Below are positions 37,010 through 48,303 of a stretch of DNA of 64,000 nucleotides, in pieces; the stretch's first letter is position 1; the number at the start of each line of letters is the position of its first letter. The stretch spans positions 186,001-250,000 of the forward strand of contig CBFDEM010000002.1 in the NCBI GenBank assembly GCA_965603825.1, given 5' to 3'. This DNA is from Blepharisma stoltei ATCC 30299 (lineage: Eukaryota > Protista > Ciliophora). Both the position numbers and the translations under genes were made by a program. Below the pieces are notes generated by a model. It was not told the DNA's origin and ran no database searches. It saw only the letters and a program-made list of their open reading frames with translations.

Positions 37010-38416
37010 ATGGAAGATAGCGTAGTGGTAAAGAAGTCATACTTTGTCATGTTTTCTCAGGAAGATATTAAAGATCACTACGAACTCGGAAATAAGCTGG
37101 GGGATGGATCCTACGGAGTGGTTTATGTTGCTACACATAAAACGACGGGCCAAATTAGAGCAATTAAATCAATCCCTAAATCCAGAATCCGAAACCCTTC
37201 AAGATTGGAAACAGAGATCGGTATAATGAAGGACGCTGATCATCCAAATGTTATCAAACTCTATGAAGTCTATGAAAACTCAAGGAATATTTACTTAGTT
37301 ATGGATTTTTGCACTGGCGGTGAGCTCTTCAACTACATAATCGAAAACAAGCGCGTAAGTGAACGAATTGCAGCAGGGCTATTTCACCAAGTCTTAAGCG
37401 CAATAAGATACTTGCACATGCACGACATTGTCCACCGAGATCTAAAGCCAGAAAACCTGATTTTCGCTTCTAGCCCCGCATCTCAGTCCTCACTGAAATT
37501 AATCGATTTTGGCCTTTCCAAGATCTTTACCCCAGAAAGTAGCCCAATGCTAACAAGAGCTGGCACGCCTTTCTACATTGCTCCAGAAATACTAGCCGGA
37601 AGAGGCTACGGAAAGTCCTGTGACCTATGAAGCTGTGGTGTAATCTTATATATTTTGCTTTCAGGCTACCCTCCTTTCTTTGCCCGAAACGAAGCCGGAA
37701 TCCTCGAAAAAGTCAGAGCTGGGTCCTACAATTTTGATAGGCCAGAATGGCAAAATGTTTCTGAGCAGGCAAAAGACCTCATATCTAATCTATTAAAAGT
37801 TAACGTAGAAGAAAGATTTGACGTTGAACAAGCTTTAGCTCACCCTTGGATTGCTGCTCACGAAGAATTACCTGACACTCCTTTAGACTTTAACGTCGAG
37901 TCTCTAAAAGAATTCAGAGACGAATGCAGACTTAAAAAAGCAGTTTTAATGTGTATTGCAACCCAATGCTCAGATAACGAAATTAATGAGCTTAGAAATG
38001 CTTTTATAAGACTTGACGCAAATGGAGACGGAACCATCACATTAGGAGAGCTTGAGCATGGGATATCAGGCTTAGGCGGCATTGGAGAAAATATTGAAGG
38101 GATCCTCAAAGGTATGGACGTCGATAAAAGTGGAAGCATTGACTATTCTGAATTCTTAGCCGCCACTATAGATAAAAGCATATATCTTCAAGAAGAAAGG
38201 CTACGAGGTGCTTTTGAAACTTTTGATAGGGACCAAAGTGGGAAAATCTCAGCTGACGAGATCAGACAAATTTTGGGAAAAGAAGGCAACCTAGATTTGA
38301 GCATGTATGAAAGCTTGATCAGAGAAGCTGACAAAAATAATGATGGTGAAATAGACTTCAACGAATTTATTTCTGTGATGAACTCAAGAAGACTCAGCTC
38401 TTTAGGAAGATCTTAA
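37010..38416 (+). CDS. Calcium-dependent protein kinase (kinase + 4 EF-hands)
   Basis: GDGSYG, HRDLKPEN, DFG, APE, DL[TGA]SCG; EF-hands DANGDG, DVDKSG, DRDQSG, DKNNDG. Confidence 0.96.
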
Positions 38417-38429
38417 TAACCCATTAATC

Positions 38430-40562
38430 TTAAATTTCTATAATGCAAGCTAACACTTCGGCAGAGCAGGTAGCGATGTAGCCACCTTTCCAGTCTAAGC
38501 CTTCAATTGAGCCATTGTGGATTCTTCCTATAAAGTCGTAGTCTAGGGTGCTTAAATTTATGATGAATAGGTTTCCGTTTTGAGTTACACAGGCAACACG
38601 GGATTTTACTGCGTCTATTGAAGCGTAGGTGACTGTGTGCCATTCTTTGATGATGCTGGTATTAAAAACATGAAGCATTGTTCAGGCTTTGGGGTCATAT
38701 AGTCTTAGACTTTGGTCGTCAGAACAAGTTACGAAAATTTCTGTTAATATGCTGCCTTTTATATTGGTTTCAGATATAGCCGCCCATCGGACCCCAGTGA
38801 CAGCTCTTTTGTGTTTTGGAAGAGTAACTAAACATTCACTAGTTTTCCAATTCCAAACTGATACAGTTTGGTCTTCAGAACCAGTTGCAAGTATTTCTGA
38901 AGAGCTTGGAGATCAGGCTAAGGTCCAAATTTCGCTGAATAAGGATAAAGATCCAAATTTGGCATCATCGTTTCATTCTTGTTTATCATGGGCCAGAATC
39001 TTCTGCTCTTTATAAAGAATGCCATCTTGGTATGTGAAGATGAAAAGGTCGCCTTTGGTTGTCCCTACAGCCATAAGGTTTTTGATTGGTGCTTCTTTTC
39101 AGCTCATGCAGATTACGCTTTCTTCAACTGTAACTAATGTAATTGGCTCTTGAATTTGGCCGAGCACGTTGGATATGAAGATTATTTGTCCATCTAGAGT
39201 TCCAATGTAAAGATTTATTCCTTCTAAGTCCCATTCAATGCATCGAACACTAGTATTAACATGCGTTCTTGTTACAAGTGTACCGTTATCTAATGTAAAT
39301 ATCATAACACTACCATCAAAGTCTCCAACCGCTACATGAGTTCCTTGAGGATTAATCGACAGCCCACAACACGTAACCTTAAACAAATTAATATGCTTAC
39401 TTTCAATAATTTCTCCACCCTCTAAAAAATTCTTAAACCTTGCATTTGATATTCCATTTTCATTAAACCCAATAAGAGTAACCTCAGGCACTACCCAGCC
39501 ATAATATCAAGTCGTTCTATTTATCCACTCTTGGTTTGTCCTAACAATATAAAGCTCAGGATAAGACCCATTTTTTACATCAAACAATTTTTCAAACTGA
39601 GGCTGATTAATTGAAAACCTACAAAAATATTCAGATAGAGGTGAAAAATATACATTTGTGCCAATAAATTCAATGCATGAGATAGAGCCATTGCCTTCCA
39701 TATGAAGTGTATGAAGAGGTGTCAAGGTTTCTATGTCTCAGACAACGATCATTCTGGTCAAAAATCCAAGGACAACTTGGCCAAGGTGGTTTGACTTTAT
39801 GCAACTTACCCTTGCATAGCATGGATAAAAAATAAAATCCTGCTCTATGTTGCCTTCTAAATTTTTTGTTAAAGAAATGTAGTAGCTTATCACCTTTTGA
39901 TGCCTTTTTCCTATCCTTTCTTGATATTCCTCAATTGGCTCATTTTCTTCTTCTAATAAAAAATCAACAAGTGCGTTTTCTTCAGAAATCGGTAAATCAC
40001 TTTGATGCTGGCTTAATGGTGCTCCATCATCAATAGCTGTTTCTCTTAACATAAATAAATGATCCAGATGCGAAAATTCACAATTTTTATAGTTCCCTCT
40101 AAATGTCAAAATTTTTGAAAACCCTTGATCAATGCTGACTTTTCAGACTTCAATAATGCCATTATAGTTCCCATATAGCGAAATTGTTGCTAATAAAGTT
40201 CCAAGATTATTGGTGCAGCCATGTCTGAGAATTTTTTGAAAACCTTGATTTTGGTTTTCAATTTCCAAATAGTGAAGAAGAGAACCCTCTAGTGTGTATA
40301 AACCCATATCTCCTGAATATGTAAGTGAAATTAAGTGAGTTGGATTTAGAATAGGGATTGGGAGAAGCACCATAATTGATGTGTCATGAGCTTTAAAGGA
40401 ATAAATCTCGTCTAAGCTTTCTGCATTGCGCTTGCATACATAGCTACCTTTTGCGTAATAAACTGAAGGGGTATCGCTGCGAGTAATAAAGCAGGATTGG
40501 AATCGAGAGGAGTGAAGTCCTATGTATTTTGAACGTAATCTTTCTATTCTGTTCTGTTCCAT
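38430..40562 (-). CDS. WD40-repeat protein (about 710 aa)
   Basis: Five same-frame ORFs joined by TGA codons; IWTLAWSP...LATGSEDQTVSVWN, FVTCSDDQSLRLYD. Confidence 0.88.
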
Positions 40563-40617
40563 TATATACTTAATAGTTATTCATATTGATTTTTGTAATA
40601 TCTATTAAATTATTCAA

Positions 40618-41676
40618 TTAAATTTCAACGTCTTTTATTAGTACTTTAGATCGAATATGTGCTTTGCAGATTTTACACGTAGACAGTGTTTTGCAGTTCA
40701 AGCAGCATAAATGTCCACAAGATAGTGCGTAGATTGGCATATCTGACTTGCAATATGCACAAATATAAAATCCTAGAGCTTCTATTTTATTCTCTTCTTC
40801 TTTTATTAGTTCATCAAGCCTTGCATTATCCTCAAACAACATTTTAATTTCTTTTTCAATCTGTGCTTGGTCAAACCTAGGCTCTCTCTTCTTTTTTACT
40901 TCTTTTCGCTTTTCTTTTCGTTCTTCTTCCTTATCTTCTTCAACTTGTGTGCTGATTTCAGTCTCTATAGTTGTCTCAGTCCTTGATTTATTTGTAGATT
41001 CATTGTGCTGACTTAGAGATAGAGAACTTGGCTGAGTGTGGCTGCTAATAGAAAATGAAGAAGGTGCTCTAAGGTCATCATGAGCAAAAGGACAATATTT
41101 GCCTAGAGGGCATGATCCATCATTAAATCTGCAGTTTTTTGTTTTGTATTTTAGTGGGTGATACTTTAATTCATCTTCTGAATGAGCAAATGTGCATTGA
41201 TCTCCTTTGTCACAATCATCTGAATAGTTACAAAGACGAGGTCTGTAGTTTCATAATCCATTTGGCATTCGTTTAGGAGGGCGTCTTCTTTCGCTGCTTT
41301 GATGATAATTTATACAATCGTTTTCTTTGCATTTCGTATTGCATGGCTTTGTGTGAAACTCTAGCATTATTTTTTTGTGTAGAGGGACTTCAATAGCGAA
41401 TTCGTCTGAAGCATCTAGCTCATAGTGATAAGAGCTATACTGTGGAATCAGCTTTTCAATGATTTTTTTATCATAAAATTCTTCGGGCTTATCTGAAGGG
41501 TATTGACTGATGATATCTTTGACAAAACTTTGCTTTTGATCAAAATTGTACAATTTTGTCTTTGGTTTTTTATTTTTAGGCCGTTTTTTGTTAGATTGAG
41601 CTTTATTTCCTTTTCCTATGTATGAAGATTCTGCTTTGTTTCAAGCTTCTTCTATATTTTCCCTATTAGATTCCAT
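40618..41676 (-). CDS. Unkempt-like CCCH zinc finger + C-terminal RING protein
   Basis: FHTKPC...CINYH...ERRRPP; C..GDQCTFAHSEDELKYHPLKYKTKNC...CPLGKYCPFAH; RING CAYC...CGHLCCLNC...CKIC; two TGA. Confidence 0.88.
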
Positions 41677-41720
41677 TTTAATTTCACACTTAAGCTTTTA
41701 AATCTTATTCTTTAAATTAA

Positions 41721-41876
41721 ATGCCTCAAATAGCAGTGACGAGTGATCTTTCTCCCATGAGTAGAAGACCTCATGTATATCTGAAATTTTTTGATGAAGA
41801 GAGCTGCCAAAGGGAGGTCTGCATGATTCCCACTTATGAGTGTCCCTGATTAGAGGGGTATCATTTTTTGCCTTAG
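41721..41876 (+). CDS. Candidate 51-aa microprotein (alternatively a small ncRNA)
   Basis: GC-elevated island; MPQIAVTSDLSPMSRRPHVYLKFFDEESCQREVCMIPTYECPWLEGYHFLP* with UGA=Trp. Confidence 0.35.
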
Positions 41877-41958
41877 TACCGGCATTTTTACTCTCTTATC
41901 AATGTTAATTAAATAAAACATAAAATAAGGTAAAGCTCATGCTTTATATTATATATTA

Positions 41959-43215
41959 ATGGAATTATCATACTCTCTTATTTTTATTGCTCTATTTGCT
42001 GATGCTATCTACTCAAAAAGCAGCTCTGTAGTTCAGCTCACTGCATCTAATTTTGATTCTGAAGTTTTAAAGTCAGAAGACTTTTGAATAGTTGAATTTT
42101 TTTCTCCATTGTGTGGCCCTTGCCAAAAACTAATTCCTGATTATGAAAATGCTGCTGAATCTCTTAAAGGCATTGCCAACCTCGGAGTTGTAGATATGAC
42201 TAAAGATTATATTTTAGGCCAAACTTATGAAATAAAAAAATACCCAACTTTTAAGGTGTTTTCAGCAAATAAAAACAAGCCCCGAGACTACACAGGAGAA
42301 AAATCAGCTAAATCTTTTATTTCTTTTGTGTTAAGGCAGCTTGAAAAAGATCCATTACACAATTCTACGACTATAGAGAATGGCGTTTACATCTTAAATG
42401 ATACAAACTTTGAAAGCACTGTTATAAAAAGTAAAGACCCTTGGATTGTAAATTTCTATGCCCCTTGATGCTTTTATAGCAAACAACTTGCACCAGAATG
42501 GACAAAAGCTGCTGATAAATTAAAAACTATTATAAAAATAGGGAAAATAGATGCTATAGAGAACTTAGAAATAGCGACGAGATTTAAAATCAGTGAATAT
42601 CCATCAATAAGGATTTTCCCTCCGAATTCAAAAGAGGTATATGAATCCATAAGCCCAAGAACTGCTGAGAGTATAGTAAAGGCAGTTTATGAAAAACTTG
42701 AATCTTATGGGATTCCAATGCCGATTGTACAGCTTACAAGTGAAGAAATCCTAGCTCAGTATTGTGAAGAAAAATTTTGCATTATTGCATTTTTGCCTCA
42801 TATATATGACAGCTCAGCTGAAGAAAGACAAAAATATTTAGATATGCTCCAAGAATTAATAAAAAAAAATAGAGGAAAATCGGTATCATTTTTGTGGGCA
42901 CAAGCAGGAGACTATTATGATCTTGAAAAACTTTTTGGGATTGGAATGGGATATCCGGCTGTTGTAGGATTAGCTCTAAAATACTCAAGTTTTGCACCTA
43001 TGAAAGGCTCATTTAGCCTTCAAGAATTAAACTTGTTTGTTAACAGATTTTTAGTCGGAGGATTTTCTTTAGAAGAATTCAATGAGCTTCCATTAATAAA
43101 AAATATAGAGCCTTGGGATGGCAAAGATCAAGTAGCTGATTATCAATCTGAAGATCAAGTAGCTGATTATCAATCTGAAGATCAAGTAGTCGATTATCAA
43201 TCTGAAGACCTATAA
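41959..43215 (+). CDS. PDIA6: Protein disulfide isomerase A6/P5-like
   Basis: Signal peptide; Trx domains LCGPC and W[TGA]CFYS; b domain CIIAFLPHIYDSSAEER, EPWDGKD; ER-retention-like SEDL. Confidence 0.88.
43126..43206 (+). repeat. 27-bp coding tandem repeat x3 (DQVADYQSE)
   Basis: gatcaagtagctgattatcaatctgaa twice exactly plus one copy with gtc for gct. Confidence 0.95.
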
Positions 43216-43459
43216 AGCAATAAATGCTAACAAATCAAATTTATTATTAATTCACATTTGCATAAATAGTATACTTGAAATTTATTATAACACAGCTTAT
43301 TTTTTTATTTTTTATTTTTTATATATAAGAAATATTTGATAAATTTTATTATTTATTAATAAAAAATAATAGCAGAATTATTTCAGAATTTTATGTAAAC
43401 TGTTCAAAATGCTAATCATCCATTTTTAACTGGTCATTTTATAATTTAATTTAAAAATT

Positions 43460-43921
43460 ATGAGTATCCAATACAGCACCAAAAGTAAAATCACTGGCAA
43501 AGCTCCTGAGACCGCTCCCATGTCACCAACAAGCATAATTATTTCACAAATGAAAACTAATTTATCTTTAAAAAGCAGAACAGCTGAACTCGATTTCCAA
43601 ATAAAATACAAAACTGAGATGTGCAAAAACTGGGAAGCTGGCCATTGTGAATTTGGAGAAAAATGTGCTTTTGCACATGGCGACACAGAACTTAGAGATA
43701 AGGCACAAATAAGCCTTGCTTTAAAAACCAAAGAATGTAAACTTTATCAAGACAAAGGATACTGTGTTTATGGGAATAAATGCCAATTTTCTCACAAAGA
43801 AAGCTCTCAAGAAACCGCCTCAAATAGCCCAGAAAATAGTGCATTTTCTAGCAGGCGAAACTCAAGTGAGACAATACACAAAGTCCCTTTATTTATTGAT
43901 TTGGAGAGCAGATGGTGCTAA
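43460..43921 (+). CDS. Tristetraprolin/ZFP36-like tandem CCCH zinc finger protein
   Basis: KYKTEMC...CEFGEKCAFAH and KTKEC...CVYGNKCQFSH. Confidence 0.92.
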   Translation: MSIQYSTKSKITGKAPETAPMSPTSIIISQMKTNLSLKSRTAELDFQIKYKTEMCKNWEAGHCEFGEKCAFAHGDTELRDKAQISLALKTKECKLYQDKGYCVYGNKCQFSHKESSQETASNSPENSAFSSRRNSSETIHKVPLFIDLESRWC

Positions 43922-43992
43922 ATTAATTAACAAATTTTGAAAAAAGTAATAAATATTCCATATTTGAAGATATTGTAATTATACTAAATTCA

Positions 43993-45780
43993 TTATTCAA
44001 CTTCCAGCTTGCTTTTTGCCTTTAGCATCTTTAAATGATACTCTTCTTCAGAGATTCCTTTAACTACTTCTCCTTCTTCTCCCTCTGATCAATCATTTTC
44101 ATCAGAAGACGAGTTATCTTCTTCGTCAGCAGACTCATGGCTTAAATCCCCTGGGATTTCTGGAGAGCTCACATATTCGCCTCTTTCGTACTTTAAAATG
44201 TTTTCATTTCTCTTTTCTTCGATATTTCTGATGTAGGCTTCGTAATCTTCATCAGTCATTTTGATATCTGAATTCGTCGCACTTAGTCATTGGTGCTTTA
44301 AACAGTCCAGGGCTGAAGCTCTTTTTTCTGGCTGGAATACAAGCATAGGCAGCATAAAATCTGATAAAAATTCAGCTTCAGATGGCTTATATCTGTATTT
44401 CTCTATTAAAACGTCTTTTAGCAGTCAAATTTTTAAATGGTTTATTGATCGAAGCCTTCCGTGCTTATTCAGAAATTGTTTAGCTTGACTGCCAGAAAGG
44501 GCCCAAGTTTTTGGCATAAGCCCAATAGTTTCCATCATCTGTGCAAGATGGTCTTGATTTTTATCAAAATCTGATCCAGACTTAGGCTCAAATAAGAAAT
44601 CGCCTGTAAGCAGCTCAAAAAGCATGCATGCAAGACTTCATATATCAGCTGTATGGTTATAGGTTATCCCTAAAATTACTTCAGGCGATCTATACTGCCT
44701 CGTTTGGATTTCCGTTGCAAAATGATGATGGACCCAACAAGCATTTCCTAAATCCGCAATTTTAATATTGACTTCATCCCCAAGGTCAAAATGTGAGCTT
44801 TGTAAGCTTCTCAACAAGTCAGCTTCTTGGAAATCACATATTTCTTGCTCTTCTGGTGCTTCAGACTCTTTTTTCTTATGTTTTCGCTTTCTTTTCTTCG
44901 GCTTCTCAGTAACTGAGTCTTGAGTTGACGTGCTTTTTTGGATTTCGCTGGTTTCTTGTTTTTTCTTTTTCATTTCTTCTTTCTTTCTTTGCCTGTATCT
45001 TTTCCTTTTTTCTGCTTTTTTCTTCTTTTTTTCGTCTTCCTCATTACTTGTTACAGGCTGATATAAAACTGATAATGGTGGGTCTTTTGGTAATCTACTA
45101 ACTTGGTCTTGGTTTAAGAGCAGCCCTCTTGTCAATATATCTTTTATCTGTGCTTGAGTAAGCTGCACAAGGACATTTTCAGGCTTTAAATCTGTGTGTA
45201 TTATCCCACAGATCCTATGCAAGTAATCCAGCCCAATTAAGACCTGATGAGTTATATTCCTGACCATCTGCACTGGGATGCCTTGGTAATTAAATCTTTT
45301 AATTATTTCTAACAAGTTCACGCCTAAAATTTCAAAAACCATACACACATGAGTTCCATTGATTCCTGTGTGGGTAAAAGTATTGAGAAATTGAACCACA
45401 AAGGTAAACTCAGCGAGGTTGCCTTCTTCTTTAAGTCTTTGTTCATATGGAAGTCCTTTTAGGTGGCCCGCCAACGACTCCGCCCATACTGGGTCTTTGT
45501 AAGAGCCTGCGATTTTTAATAATAGATCTACTTCGTCGTAGGCGGCTTCAGTATAATTTGGGGCTGACTTTTGGACTTTCATTGCGACAAATGTACCGAA
45601 CTTTGTGTCCTTGCAAAGCCACACAGTCGAAAAATGTCCCCATCCTAGCTTTTGAACTACAATGTATCGATTGGCAAAAACTTCATTTAAATGGACTAGG
45701 TGGTATCCGCCAATTCTATAGTCCTTGCTGCTTTCTTCTTCGTTATCCATCACAACTGAACTGTCATCGCTTGTACCCAT
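43993..45780 (-). CDS. SRPK: SR protein kinase (SRPK/Sky1 family)
   Basis: GGYH, KLGWGHFSTVWL, IIHTDLKPEN, spacer insert, ADLGNACW, IQTRQYRSPE, DI[TGA]S; TAA 43993-43995. Confidence 0.95.
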
Positions 45781-45951
45781 TTGCCTTGTTTAAATAATGA
45801 AGTTAAATATTTAAAAGCCATGATAAATTAGCTATGAATTGAAAATTTGCTTATTTATCTTAATTTTGAGATATTTTTAAATAAATTTCTATAGAATTAA
45901 AAATTAATATAGACTATTAAATATTATTACCTGCATGACTTATTATTTATA

Positions 45952-46956
45952 TTAAATATATTCGGAAATTTCTCTAGCAATGCATAAAGGTACTTTTGCA
46001 TAAATAGGCTTAGCTGTTTTATATACAAAAAGTAACCCTCTGACATTTTCCCATCTTTCTAATGTTTTTATTTTCCGAGCGCATTTTGGTCCTAACCTCT
46101 CACGGATTAAAAATTGAATTTGGATTTTTTTATTTACATATAAAATTTCTAACAAATCGGCTCTATCATATAATAATACAACCCCCAAGTTGATTTCTTC
46201 TTTACAATATTGAACTATTAAGTCGCTGGTTGCCCCAATATCAAGCAGAATGCTTAAACGAGGCATTTTTTGCCAAATGGTATTCGCGATAATCCATTCT
46301 ACAATTTCCCAATTGCCCTTAGCATAATGGAGCACGGTACCCTTTCCACCGCAAGCAAAAGGATAGAACAAGGAGAAAAGTGTTTTTACAACATCCACAT
46401 TCCCACTTCATGCAGCCATATGCAAGCAATGTTCTGAATTCTTGGTGACTCCATGAAAAGGAGCACCAGCTTTTATCAACTTGGACAGCAGGTCTGAGTT
46501 CCCATTTCTGGCTGCCCAATGGGCTAAAGATCAGTCTTCGCTATCTTTAGCATACAAATCAGCACCCTTGCTTATCAAAAACTCAGCCAGCTCAGTATAA
46601 TTGTGCTGGACTGCCAGCAACAAAGGCGTCTGTCCATGTTTTCTCTGTACATCAACAGGGACTTTACAAGAAGACACGAGGAACTCTACGAGTTTTAGCC
46701 TTCCGTATATACAAGCGTAATGGAGAGCGGTTGAGCTTGATTTTCTTGTCTTGGTGCTTGGATTGACTTTCAGTTTATATACACAGTAGCACGGGATGTC
46801 AATATTTTGACAATACTTCGCCGCCTGGTGAAGAATCGTTTTCTTTTCTTTGCCGTAAACTCCGCCTCGTCTGACTTTGGCTTGCTTAAAATTATTAAGG
46901 TCGTCAGAAGCAAGGATAGCCTTTAATTCCATGGACAGCTTTAATTGGTCTCTCAT
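45952..46956 (-). CDS. Ankyrin-repeat protein
   Basis: TILHQAA, TALHYAC, GQTPLLLAV, SLAHWAA, HCLHMAA; ORFs 46531 and 45952 joined by TGA; start could be 46932. Confidence 0.88.
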
Positions 46957-46971
46957 TTTATAGTCCGAAAT

Positions 46972-48267
46972 ATGTCTCTTGACTCATTTGAAATAATCAA
47001 ATCGCTTGGAGAAGGAGCTTACTCAACTGTGTCTCTCGTCAAGCGCAAGGATGATGGCCAAATGTATGCTCTTAAAAAAGTCAAGCTTGGACCTTTGAAG
47101 CCAAAAGAAAAAAGAAATGCACTTACAGAAGTCAGGATTTTGGCAAGTATTGCGCATCCCAATGTGATTTCTTATAAAGAAGCGTTCATTGATGAAGAAA
47201 GTGAGTCACTTTGCCTTGTCATGGAATATGCAGACTCAGGCGATTTATATCAGCGGATTTGTTACTACCAAAAAAAAGGCCGTTATATGAGCGAAAACTT
47301 TGTGTGGAATGTGCTTATACAGCTTCTGAGAGGTCTTAAAGTGCTACATGAGCTAGATGTGCTGCATAGAGACTTGAAATCAGCTAATGTGTTTTTAAAT
47401 AAAGATGGAACGGTCAAGCTAGGAGACATGAATGTATCAAAGGTGGCAAAGCAAGGACTGCTGTATACACAGACAGGGACTCCTTATTATGCGAGTCCGG
47501 AGGTATGAAAAGATAAGCCTTATGATTATAAAAGTGATATGTGATCTCTTGGTTGTGTAGTCTATGAAGCAGCTACATTAAATCCACCTTTTAAAGCAGA
47601 AGATATGAATGGCTTGTTCCAGAAAGTAATAAAAGGGGAATATCCTCCTATCCCAAGAATGTTTTCTAAAGAGCTTAGTAAAGTTATAGGACAATTATTG
47701 CAGGTTGAGCCTTCGGCTCGACCAAGTTGTGAACAGCTACTTAAAAGCAGCATTATAAAGAAACACTCAGGAAAATATGAAGAAAGTCCTGAAGAGTCCC
47801 AAGAGAATTCTTTGATTGATGCAATCAAAGTTTCAGATAACATAAAAATTATTTCAAGCAGTTTACCAAAACCAAATTATGGAGATAATAGATCTGAACC
47901 TACCCCAGAAAGACCCTCTAAAAAATCCACGTGAAAAATTAACAGTTTTTCGCATCGATCTATAAAAAATGAAGAAAAAAGATCGCCAAGTAAGATATCT
48001 ATTGAAGTACTAAAAGAAAGTTATGGAGCTCTAAAACTACCTAAAATAAAATACCCAGTTAAAACGAAGATGAATCCAGTCAAAATTAGAAATTCAAAAG
48101 GAAATATATTTAGTACTAGAAGTCTTCCACTCCAATATGCAGTCCAAATGGAACGACTTCAAAGGATAAAAGAAGTTTATCTAGCCAGAAGTGTCCCAGT
48201 CAGCTTATCACCTGTCCGAAGAGCAGCACCTATAAAGCCACCAAGCAAGGCTCAACTGTGAACTTAA
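46972..48267 (+). CDS. NIMA-related (NEK) protein kinase
   Basis: GEGAYS, HRDLKSANVFL, KLGDMNVSK, TQTGTPYYASPEV[TGA], SDM[TGA]SLG; TAA 48265-48267. Confidence 0.94.
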
Positions 48268-48303
48268 ATATTAACTATTATTTTTGCTGTAAATAAGTGG
48301 AAA

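Noticed and set aside
42466-42468. TGA next to Cys in the PDI active site as possible selenocysteine
   Set aside because: The position corresponds to the conserved Trp of AP-W-C, not the redox Cys
40618-45780. Clustering of Unkempt-like, TTP-like and SRPK genes as an RNA-regulation locus
   Set aside because: These families are typically large in ciliates and a PDI gene is interleaved; chance adjacency is sufficient
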